Source: the human T2T-CHM13v2.0 reference genome, Homo sapiens
DNA: 64,000 bases
NCBI RefSeq assembly: GCF_009914755.1
Contig: NC_060944.1
Direction: 5' to 3' (one strand)
A program made the position numbers and the translations under genes. The notes beneath the pieces are model-generated. The model ran no database searches. It was given only the letters and a program-made list of their open reading frames with translations, and was not told the origin of the DNA. The first letter of the stretch is position 1. The number at the start of each line of letters is the position of its first letter. This document shows, piece after piece, positions 53,018 through 64,000 of the stretch.

Positions 53018-54644
53018 AGATAATAAATGAGAGATGGAATTAATTCAAAATAGCACTTGTTGGAGTAACATTAAGGGGTAAAGATCATAGGAAGTTGGGA
53101 GAATTACTTCTTGTTTGGTCCAATATTTGAAACACTGTCATCAAATGAGCCCCGGATATTTTCATATTATTTAAATGACTGACTTCTAGCCCCTAGATTT
53201 TATCTTCCCAGGAATGTATAAGTAACTTTAACAACATGCTGTATTAAAACACATTGACACAATTATATTACAAAATGAGTGCATTTTTTTTCAATATATT
53301 GGAATTAAAATACACAATCAAAGTAATAAGAATTTTTCCCACTCCTCCTTCCCCTCCTGGCAACCTCACCTCCAGGATTTGTAACAGAGCCTCTGCCCCC
53401 AGCAGGCCTTTCCTCACCAGTGCTTGCAAACTGCAAATTATATGCAAGTTGTTAAAACAGTGCCTGGAGGCCTTTATCAGCCTGCTAAGGCTTATACATG
53501 TTTTGTTTGGTAGAGAGGAATAAAGCAATTAAAATCGGATGCATTCTGTTTATATGTGCAATTTAACTAACATCACCAGTGCCTCTCGATGTCTCGAGGT
53601 GCTCTCTGATACCAAGAACACAGAGGGATCTTTTCTGAACTTCTCGCAGGAAGTGGGTGAGGCCTCATGGGGTTTGGGAAGTGTCTCTTCCTTTCTCCAG
53701 AATCGTATGCTTTGTGGGCAGAGATCTTCAATGGATTTATCTAAACAACTGTGTGCAGTGGGAAGTCAAAGACCATGGATTTCAGGGAATTAAAAAGCTG
53801 AGGGTTTCAGGAAGAAAAAGAAGGCAATTTGAGGCATTTGGACTTAATGAAACTTACTCAGATGGTGACAGCAGCATTTTCTTGGATGCACAATTGGCCA
53901 CTGGGGATGCTCATACAGCATTTTTTTTTTAAGGACTTGGTGGCTTCCCAGACAGGAAGAATTTGTTTTGACTAATTGTGTTCTCTAATGAACCCCTAAA
54001 CACACTTCCTCTGATAAGCCTGATGAAGTGCTTCACCTGGGAAAAGTCTTGGTGCTGATTTTCTCCACCTGGCTCTCTGGGCTGCACTTGAAGCTAGCCT
54101 GGCTCCACGCTTGCCAACTGATTCTCCATCCTCCTCCACACCCAAATGACTTGTTTCATGATGGCCAAGCGATTAAGACAATGATCCAGATAGGGCAGGC
54201 ATAGAAAGCCATACACATGTATCTTTGAAACCTTTGATGGTTGTACTTTGGCAAGGAATAAATTATTTGTATTACTATTGGATTTTCCATTCTTTTATTC
54301 CATTGCTTCACTGATCCATTTGGATGTCACACAAGCCTCAAATTTAACAAATGTGAAATAGAATGCTTAATGCTAATCTCTACAACTTATTTCTCCCCCT
54401 GTTCACCTACTGTTCCTCTTTCTGCAGTGGGCTTTCCCCAGAGTTTCAGATGGCAGGTTCCCTCTCATTCTTCGGGTCTCACCATAAGTGTCACCATCCT
54501 AGAGAGTCTTTTCTTGACCACTTGTTACGGAATGAATTGTGTCTCTACTCCCCATCCCTCCACCACCCCTGCAATTCATGTGCTGAAGCTCTAATCCCCC
54601 TATGTTACAGCATCTGGAGATGGGGCTTTTAGGAGGTCATTAAG

Positions 54645-55035
54645 TGTCAGGCCTCTGAGCCCAAGCTAAGCCATCATATCCCCTGTGACCTGCACGTATA
54701 CATCCAGATGGCCTGAAGTAACTGAAGAATCACAAAAGAAGTGAAAATGGCCTGTTCCTGCCTTAACTGATGACATTACCTTGTAAAATTCCTTCTCCTG
54801 GCTCATCCTGGCTCAAAAGCTCCCCGACTGAGCACCTTGTGATCCCCGCCCCTGCCTGCCAGAGAACATCCCCTTTGACTGTAATTTTCTTTTGCCTACC
54901 CAAATCCTATAAAACAGTCCTACCCTTTGCTGACTCTCTTTTTGAACTCAGTCCGCCTGCACCCAGGTGAAATAAACAGCCTTGTTGCTCGCACAAAGCC
55001 TGTTTGGTGGTCCCTTTACACGGACACGAGTGAAA
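54645..55035 (+). mobile_element. LTR7 (HERV-H) solo LTR, LTR7B-like
   Basis: TGTCAGGCCTCTGAGCCCAAGCTAAGCCATCATATCCCCTGTGACCTGCAC...GTGAAA; TATAAAA and AATAAA present; 5-bp TSD TTAAG. Confidence 0.95.
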
Positions 55036-55148
55036 TTAAGGTTAAATGAGGTCATAAGAGAGGGGTCTATGAATTTGCAGACTTAATGGTGGAGCTCATG
55101 CACTCTCTCTTCCTCCAGGGACACGCACAGAGGGAAGGCTCTGTGGGG

Positions 55149-56020
55149 TTTTGACAAAAAAGAGTCAAACTCTGTAAAATATTTGAAGGGATTTATTCTG
55201 AGCCACAAATGAGTGACCAAGGCCTGAGGCATGGTCTCAAGAGGTCCAGAGAACATGTGCTCCAGGTGATTGGGTTATAGCTTGATCTCATACATTTTCA
55301 GGGGATAGAAATTATAGATAAAAACAGAAATGAATACGTGCAAGGTGTACATTGGTTTGGCCTGGAGAGGCAGGGGCTCCCAGGTCATAGGTGGATTTAA
55401 AGATTTCCTGATGGCAGTTTGTTGACAGGGTTAAGCTCTGCCTGAAGAGTTGAAGTCAGCAGAAAGAAATGCTAAGATAAGGAGGGTTGTGGAAGCCAAA
55501 TTTCTTGTTATGTAGATGAAGCCTCTAGGTAGCGGGCCTCAGAAAATAGATATTAATAGTAAATGTCTTTTATCAGGTGCTAAAATGTGCCAGACTCTTA
55601 GTTAAATCTCTCCTGGGTAGGAAACTACCTGGAAAGGGAAGGGGATTCTCTATGGAATGTAGATTTTCCCCATGAGAGACAGCTTTGCAGGACCATTTCA
55701 AAATATGTCAATGAAATATGTTCTGGGGGAAAATACTTTGATTTCTTTCAGGGCCTGCTATCTGTCATGTGACGTTCTACTAGAGTCAGGTTGGAATTTG
55801 ATATCTTATTGCTACATGGATTTTCTTCTGTCAGTCTTAAGATCTACATTTTAATGTTAAAGCTGGTCAGTTGTGCCTGAATTCCAGGGGAGGAGGGTAT
55901 AAGGAGGCATGTCGGACACCCACTTCCCATCATGGTCTGAACCAGTTTATTTTGAAATCCCCTTGGCCAAGAGGAGGGTGCCTTCAGTCAGGGGACTTTG
56001 AATTTTATTTTTGGTTTACA
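55149..56020 (-). mobile_element. MER4-family (D/E-like) ERV1 solo LTR
   Basis: Minus strand begins TGTAAACCAAAAATAAAATTC; the other end reads AAAGAGTCAAACTCTGTAAAATATTTG on the plus strand. Confidence 0.88.
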
Positions 56021-56798
56021 GAGGACATTGTGACAAGGTGGCCATTTGCAACCCAGGAAGTGAGGCCTCACCAGAACCCGACCATGCTGGCACCTGATTT
56101 TGGACTTACAGCCTCCAGAACTATGAGAAAATCCATCTCTTTTGGTTTAAGCCACCAAGTCTGTGATATTATGTTATGGCAGCCTGAGTGACTAACACAT
56201 CACCTGAGGTGAAGTAGCCCCCATTATATTCTTCATCAAGACACCTTGCATTTTCCCTTTATAGCAACCATTCCAATCTGTGGGAATTTTGCTGATGGTC
56301 CTTCTGAAGGTCAGGCTTGGCCAGGTCAGAACAATGACCCTTTCATGTATCATTCACCTCTATGGCCCTTTCCCCACCCCATGGAAAGCACTGCAGAGCA
56401 AAAATAGGTGAGCAACAAAGACCTATTAGAAAAATAATTTCAGGATGTCAATCCTGTTAGATGACTTTAAAATTAATACTTTCTATATTTGCATAAGGGT
56501 GGATTATTTTATACTCACATGGTCTTAACATATCCACTCAGAAACCCTGTGAAATGGTGGGCCGGCACCGAGGTATCCAGAGAGTTATGTCCTATTTCAG
56601 GAGGAGAAAGCCAAATATTCAAAGCAGAGAGAAACCTCACTCTTCAGTTTTCTTTGTGAAGAGAGCACTCTGAGGATCTGTTTCATAAATAATAAAGAAT
56701 GACAGACACAAAGAGGGAGAAGCAGGAAAAGATACAAAGACAAAGAGGAAAGGGGAAGCAGTATGGAAGAAAACAGGCCAGGCAGGAGCAGGAAGAGA

Positions 56799-57118
56799 AA
56801 GCGTGGAAAGTTGCAGAGATGCAGAGGCCAAGGGTTGGAGAATGAGCCAGGGGGAGCAGAAAAAATAAGCATGGAATGTCACAGAGATGCAGGGGCCACA
56901 GGGTGGAGAGTGAGGCCAGGGGCAGCATAAAGAGTAAGCATGGAAAGTCTCAGAGATGCAGGGGCTGTGGAGTGGAGAGTGAGGCCAGGGGGAGCATAAA
57001 AAAGCATGGAATGTCACAGAGATGCAAGGGCCGCGAGGTGGAGAGAGAGGCCAGGCAGGACTGTAAAGAGTAAGCATGGAAAGTCTCAGAGATGCAGGGG
57101 CTGAGGGGTGGAGAGCAA
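56799..57118. repeat. ~68-bp purine-rich minisatellite, ~4.7 copies, with dimeric higher-order structure
   Basis: AAGC(A/G)TGGA...CAGAGATGCA..GG...TGGAGA anchors at 56799, 56867, 56936, 57002, 57072. Confidence 0.95.
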
Positions 57119-57205
57119 GGACACTTGTGATAGAGTGGGAAGTTCAAAAACCCAGAGAGGGAGCAGGAGCGGTCCTTTCATAATAAGATGTTTGGGGCAT
57201 CAGAC

Positions 57206-57884
57206 TGTTAGAGTTGGTATTTAGGCAGACATGAGCAGGGCAGAAGAGGGCCCCCTGCCCCAGGGATGTCAGGTGACCATCAGGTGATAGCCAGGTTGTT
57301 GTTAAGCTGTCTCTAATTGGCCATGCCTGGCACTAGGGAAAGGCTGTCTTCCAGTAGACAGGAAACATCTGAAGCTGGTGATCAGCTTCCTGATAGGATC
57401 TCAGGAGCTGGATGAGTGGGCCCAAGTATGTGCACTAAATGGCAAAATGGCAGAGTTTAACTGGTATGTGACCTTCCTCTAGGAATGCTTACCTGGAAAG
57501 GGTAATGATCTTGCACACAATTTCAGCAAACACACTGTGCATGCTCCTCTCCCAAGTGCTGGCAGGCCACTGCATGGGAGCAGCCTGCTGCAAGGGAAGA
57601 ATCAGGGAAGAAGAAATGTGGACCCTGGAGTCATGTCATACAAGACCCCACCCAAGTCGAGGGTCAGACAGAGCACTTGAATCTCTCAAGTCGCCTGCTT
57701 GGCCCTTTCCAACTGTACTTTACTCCCTTTCATTCCTTCTCTAAAACTTTTTAGTAAACTTTTACTCCTGCTCTAAAACTTGCCTCAGTCTCTCACCCTG
57801 CCTGCTGCCCCTTGGCTGTATTCTTTCTTCTGCAAGGCAAGAATTGAGTTGCTGCAGACTTGTACAGATCCACCCCTGCTAACA
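57206..57884 (+). mobile_element. MER50 ERV1 solo LTR
   Basis: TGTTAGAGTTGGTATTTAGGCAGACATGAGCAGGGCAG...CTAACA; exact TSD AGAC. Confidence 0.88.
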
Positions 57885-60439
57885 AGACTAGACCGCAGCC
57901 TCCAAAGGCAGCCCCCACAGTGGGCGACTGCTGACATGGGGGTCTGGGGAATGATGACCTCAGTCACAAATTTGCCTTAGACTGATATATCATATGCACT
58001 TAAATGTTTATAGAATGGCTGGCAGGTGCCATGAACCAGGGGCAAGGAAAGGCTTGGGTTGCCCCAAGGTTCAGAACCTCAAGAGCAGTTCTAAAGTAGA
58101 TAGTTCTTTCTCTTAGCATGGTGGCCAATTCCAAGGGAAGATGCTCTGAATAGGATGGCCTCCTGTATTTGGGAGCTGAGACTGCTTGGGATTGCTCAGC
58201 CAGCTCACTTGCAGACTGAACACTGAAGCTGTGTGTGTGACCTCCAGGACAGCCCCAATTTCTATGCCCATGACCATGTGTTGCATATAGTTTCTTTCTT
58301 CTTCATTATCAGGAGCTACTTTCTATCTGGCTCGACAGGACAATGTGCCCGATCATGTGGAGATCAAACATGTTCCCCGAATGTTGAGTATGCAGTGTGT
58401 GCACACACACAACCCATGCCTTAGATATATGACTTGTCTTCGTGAATCGTGAAAGCATACCTTTTCTTCCCTCAGCTTGCCTTTCCAGAATAACAATAAG
58501 GTAAAGCCCACATGGCTCCCAAATAGGATCTTTGGGGATTATAATTATCTAATAATTGACACCAAAGTGATCCTCCCGACTTGAAGTGGGAGGAAATTTG
58601 GATTTCTAAACTAGGGCAAACGCTTCTTATGAAGCATCAATGTGTGTTGTGTTCCCTATTCTCTTTGCTTTAAAAAATAAAGAGAATTATATTTCTTTTT
58701 CTTCAGGCAACTTTGCAGACTATCAAAAGACATAGATATCTGAAAACTCTATCTGCCTATTCCCTGTTAGCCGTCATTTGGAAATAAATTTGATCCTTGG
58801 TTACTGCTTGACATAATGTACAGGTGACCAGCAGGAGGGAAACCAAAGTATAAACAGATCCAGTCTGTTGACAGGGATTGAATGATGCAGCAACTTGATT
58901 GCATTGAGCCATTTAAACTTTCTTTTTCTTTTTTAAGCTACAGGTTGAATTAAAAAAATGAAGTAAACTCGAGAAATCCATTAAGCCAGATTAGTATTGA
59001 ACTCCAGTCAAGACCGTCACCTGTGGTCATTAGATCTGGCTGTGGGTGAAACAAAAAGTAAAGTCTGGCTCCTGCTTCTCATATCCACACTTATCCAAAT
59101 CACCTGAGATTAAAGAAAATCCTTTAACTGGTGTTAGAGAGGGGACCTAAGGTAGAAGATGTAAAGCATGAACTACCTACAGTGATGCCTTGACACCATA
59201 GAACCAAAAGCTCCAGACTTCTGTTCTGAGGATGGAAACGCGGTTCAGCTGGACTTAACTGTGCTTAGAACCCCACACTGGATGTGTATGGTTCCCCTAG
59301 GAGGACCAGTAGGGAGGCTTACAGAGAGGAGCCACAATGATAGAAAGCAGTGACTGCTGGGCTAATTAATAACGATAACTGTGAAAGGTCATGAGTGGAG
59401 AATTGAAGAAAAGAGGAAACTAATATTTAAATGCCTCCCAATGTGTGATGCTTAATTCAGAGAATGAAGTCCAAGTCTGCAAGCAGTAGATTTTGCATTA
59501 AATGAACTGAAATTGGAATAGGACTCAGTGGGCATTTCATTTTGCCTTGGTCTTAGGTTAAGTAATTAAAATCAACATCAGGTTGTGCCTGAAAGGTACA
59601 GCAACTGAGCAACGGCTAACTGTTGTAGCGGCAAAATTAGCAGAGGATCAAAGAGAATTTCAGAGTTTCTTGCCAGAGTAGATATGCATAAAATTCTATC
59701 CTCTGGTCCAACAAAATACATACAGGGTACAATTAAATTTAGCTAAGTAAATTAAGTATAAATTAACTGATTTTTTTATTTCTTACACTGTATTAACATT
59801 TATCAAGACTTTGACCAAAAAGTAGAGATTTTATAGTTGGAAGGGACCCAGGTGATTAGCCTATCCCCCGTCCTCCATTAAGAGCTTCACCCTCACCATT
59901 TCTCATTTCCCTAGACACATCATTGTTCACACTCTACTTGAATCATCCCAGAGACAGAGAACTCACTACCACTCCCTTCCACTTTTGAAATGACAGTGGG
60001 AAATGTGTTGAATTCATAGAAGAGAATGATCAATTGTCAGATTCAAGACAGACATTGAAAAATGAAAAAGTTACGAAGAGGGGATTTCAGAATGAGTGCA
60101 TTCTAGTGATCACACGTGAGGTGAACCCCAAAACATTGTAATGCTAGAAAGTGGAACATTGTGTGGCCTATGCTCACAGCATCATTGTGCGGGAAGAAAC
60201 TGGGAGAAGGGCTATCATTCTTTGAAGGGTGGCTTTTCTAGCAAGGATCGACTTCCATTTCTTTGCTTCCAGTGAAGAAGGTTGAGCTCATCCCAAAAGG
60301 CTAGGATGAATAGAAGTGGAATTTCTTTGAGAGCTTACATTGTTGAATGGTTTGGATCATGGCAGTAGTCTCCTAACTCACCTACCATCAGTCCTGCAAA
60401 CTCTGTTAAATTTTATCCATTCAGCATCTAGAGATTAGA

Positions 60440-63400
60440 TATTATTTTAAAAATATTTTTATAATAAAGGATTACTTTATGAACAATAATGTGCACAGGT
60501 CTTACCATCTTAAGTATCTATTTCAGTGAGTTTTGTCAACGGTGTGTGCTCCTGTGATTGTCCACCCAAGGCATGATATAGAATACTTTTGCCATGAAAC
60601 CCCTAAACAAAAAGTTCCCTAGTCTCCTTTCCAGTTGATACCCTTAGTCTGGAAAGGCAAGCACCTTCTGATTCTGTCACTGCAGGTGAGTTTATCTGTG
60701 TTCTTCGATCTCATACAAATGAAAGCACACAGAATGCCTACTTTGGGCAATGGCTTTATTTTTGTGACTCAGTCATGGTATTGTGTATTAGCAGTAGTCC
60801 TTGCCTTTTTATTGCCAAGAAGCATTTTATGAATATACTTCAATGTGTTTATCTACTCATCTGTTGATGGACATTTATGTCCAGTTATGAGCTATTATAA
60901 ACAAGGCTGTTGTGAACACTCTTGTACAAGTCTTTTTGTGGACACAGATTTTCATCTCTCTTAGGTGAATCTCAAGAGGGCAGACTTGTTGGGTTATAGG
61001 GGACTTGTATATTTTTTATAGAAAACTGCCAAAAAGTTCTCCAAGGTGCTATTCTACCCTCCTGCCAGCAACATATGAGAGTTTCTATCACTCTGTGTCC
61101 TTGCCAACATAGGGTATTGTCAGTCATTTTCACTTCGGTCTTACTAGTGAATGTGAAATAGTATCTTGCTTTAATCTAGTTTTTCCTAATGACTAATGGG
61201 GTTAAATGCCTTTTCATGTGCTTACTAGCCATTTTATGTCTTCTTTTGTGAAGTGCCTGTTAAAGTCTTTTTCCCACTCTTTTAATTGGAGTGTTTGTCT
61301 TTTTATTATTGATTTTTTGGAGTCATTTAAACATTCCGGATATGAGTCCTTTGTTAGACAAATGTGTTATGGATATTTTCTTCTCTGTGGTTGTGTATTC
61401 ATTTGCCAAATGGTGTCTTTTAAATAGCACATTTTTTTATGAATCCCATGTAACCTTTATTTTTCCTTTTTGCCTTTATGTTTTCTTCTAGAAGCTTTAT
61501 GGCTATAGCTTTTACATTTCAGTTTATTACATGTTATTGTAATTATTATTTTGGAGTGGAGCAAGGCGAGGTCAAGCATTTATTTTCCCCTGGATACAGC
61601 TGTCCATTTGTTTCTGCAGTATTTGTTTAAAGCGCTTTCTTTTCTCCATTGAGTTGACTTGATGCCTTTCTCAAAAATCAATGTATGGGTCTCTTTCTGT
61701 ACCTTTCATTCTTTCCACTGATGGAGGTATATTCTATTTTTGTGCCAGTATCAACTCATCCTGATTACTATAACTTTATGTAAACCTTGAAGCAGAAATT
61801 ATAAGCCCTGTGACTTTGTTTTTTTAAGATTATTCTATTTTAGATCCTTTGAATTTCCATATAAATTATAGCATTAGCTTTTCAATTGATGCAAAAAACC
61901 TGATATTATTTTCACTGGGATTGTGTTTTATCTGTGAATCAACTTGAGGAGAATAGGCATCTTAACAATATTAGTTTATCAGGCTGTGAGCATTTATTTA
62001 GTTTTTAAAATTAATTTGTATTATTACAATACAACATACACTTGGGTTGCATACAATGTTTCAGTCAATGATGAACTGCATAATCAACGGTGGTCTCACA
62101 AGAATATAGTACCATATTTTACTGTGTTGAGATATGTTCAGATACACAAATACTCACCATTTTGTTACAATTGCCTACAGCATTCAGTATAGTTACATGC
62201 TGTACAGGTTTGTAGCCCAGGAGCAATAGGCTCTACCAGATATAGCCTAGGTGTGTTGTAACCTGAACCATCTGGGTTTGTGTAAGTATAGTCTATGATG
62301 TTTCTATAAGGACAAAATCATATAATGACCCATTTCTCAGTAGATATCCTGCTTGTTAAGAGATAAATGACTGTATTATAGTTTTCAGTGATGAGGTCTT
62401 ACAGATCTTTTATTAGATTATTCTAGGTATTTAATATTTTGGAATGCCACTGTAAATATATATGTATACAGATTAAAATGTTCGTTTTCCCATTGTTACT
62501 GCTTGTATATTGGAAATACACTTGAGTTTGGTGTATTTATATTCTGTAACCTTTGTAAATTCAATTAAGTCTAGTAGTTTTTCTTTGCAGATTCTATTGA
62601 TTTTTTTTCATTTACACAATTGTGTCTGTAGTAGGGACAGATACACATTGTTTTTCTCAGTGATTATAGTTTCTTTATTTTTTCTTATTTCAACAGCTAA
62701 GACCTCTAGTACAGTGTTCAATGGAACTGGTGAGAAAAGACGTCCTTGCTGTGTTCCTGATATGAAGAGGAAAGCAGTCCTTCTCCATTAAGTAAAGTAT
62801 AAACCTTAGGTTTTTCATAGATGTCCTTTGTCAGATTTTGAAATTTCTCTGCTATTCTCATTTTGCTGAAAGTTTTAAAAAATTATTTAAATAACGGATT
62901 TTGAATTTTGTCAAGTACATTTTATGCATTTATTGAAATAATTATATGGTTATTCTTCTTAATTTCATTTATGTAGTGAGTTATACCAATTGAGTTTTGA
63001 ATGTTGAAACCACCAGAATTCCTGGGTTAAGCTCTATTCAGTTATGATAAATTTTATATATTGCCATATTTGCTGATATTTTGCGATTGTACTATGAAGG
63101 ATATTGGTCTGTAATTTTATTTGTTTGATTTGTCATGTTTTGCTACTATGGTTATGCTGCCCTAAAACAAGTGGAGGAACTGTTCCTTCTTCCTTTTTCT
63201 CCTCTTTAAAAGAATATACATTTGGTATTATTTTCTTTCTCCAACATTGGATAGCATTCACAGTGAAGTTATCTGGATGATATTTAACTCTTGGAAAGTT
63301 TTTGATTACAAATTCAAATTCTTTAAAAGATATCGATCATTTAGATATACTAATTCTTGTGTCACTTTTGTTGGCTGTGTTTTTCAAAGAATGTTTCCAT

Positions 63401-64000
63401 TTTATCTGACTCGTTAAGTTTATTGATAAAACATCATTCCTCCTGTTATTCTTTTAATGTCCGTAGAATGTCTGGTAATATTGCCTCTTACGGTCTTCAT
63501 ATTGGTGATTTATATGTTCTCCATTTTTCTTATAAGTCTTAATAGAAGTTTGTAAATTGTATTAATCTTTTCACAGAACCAAACTTTGACCTTTGATTTT
63601 CTCTATTGTTTCTTTGTTTTCTATTTCTTTGACTACCACCCATTTTAAAATCACTTGCTTTATTTAACTTCCTTCAGTTAAACATGTTCTTTTTCTAGCT
63701 AATTAAGTCGAAAGCTCAGTTCGCTGATTTTAAACCTTCCTTTAAGTATATATATACATCTATAAAGATATAAGTTACCTCTAGACATCAATTCAGCAGC
63801 ATCCTAAAATTTTGATATTTTATTATTTGTCTTGTTATTCAGTAGATCTGATTTCAATTTTTCCTTGTCATTTATTCGTTGATATACATTATTTAGAGGC
63901 ATTTTAACAAATTTCAAACCATTTTAAGGTTTTCTAGAAATCATATTATTTTCTTAGGTTATACCATTTTAATTAGAGAACATACTCTGTGCGTTTCAAT
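60440..64000 (-). mobile_element. Old L1M (ME/MC-like) 3'UTR and ORF2 region, runs off the window
   Basis: Long T-rich antisense L1 with CATCTGTTGATGGACATT, CTTCTTTTGTGAAGTGCCTGTT, GGATATTGGTCTGTAATTT. Confidence 0.85.
62038..62373 (+). mobile_element. Tigger3a/MER7A nested in L1
   Basis: GTTTCAGTCAATGATGAACTGCAT...TACAGGTTTGTAGCC...CATTTCTCAG...ATGACTG|TA. Confidence 0.85.

Larger units (their letters stand above)
54523..56199 (+). mobile_element. MLT1A MaLR LTR split by LTR7 and MER4, itself inside an L2
   Basis: Pieces 54523-54644, 55036-55148 and 56021-56199 join into a continuous MLT1A. Confidence 0.88.

Overview
This is primate genomic DNA, most likely human (AluJ/S/Y, L1PA2/3, LTR7, MADE1). 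It is non-coding, intergenic or deep-intronic, and roughly half of it is recognisable transposable-element remnants: Alus, MIRs, L2, old L1M fragments, MaLR/ERVL/ERV1 solo LTRs and hAT/TcMar DNA transposons. No protein-coding gene, RNA gene or CRISPR array is supported. The ORF track is short chance ORFs plus decayed L1 ORF1/ORF2 pieces, and I also found a decayed ERVL integrase by hand translation. I could not place the locus and found no convincing novel biological system. The most notable structures are: (1) an unexplained ~140-bp inverted repeat (7309-8511) whose left arm was hit by a twin-primed L1PA; (2) a ~115-bp L1 piece apparently copied from a neighbouring L1 into an MLT2 LTR; (3) a ~150-bp local direct duplication; (4) a CpG-retaining solo LTR; (5) an LTR7/MER4/MLT1A/L2 nest; (6) two minisatellites; (7) several homeobox/forkhead-motif-rich unique blocks that may be enhancers. 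Repeat subfamily names are from memory of consensus sequences, and boundaries of the old elements are approximate.
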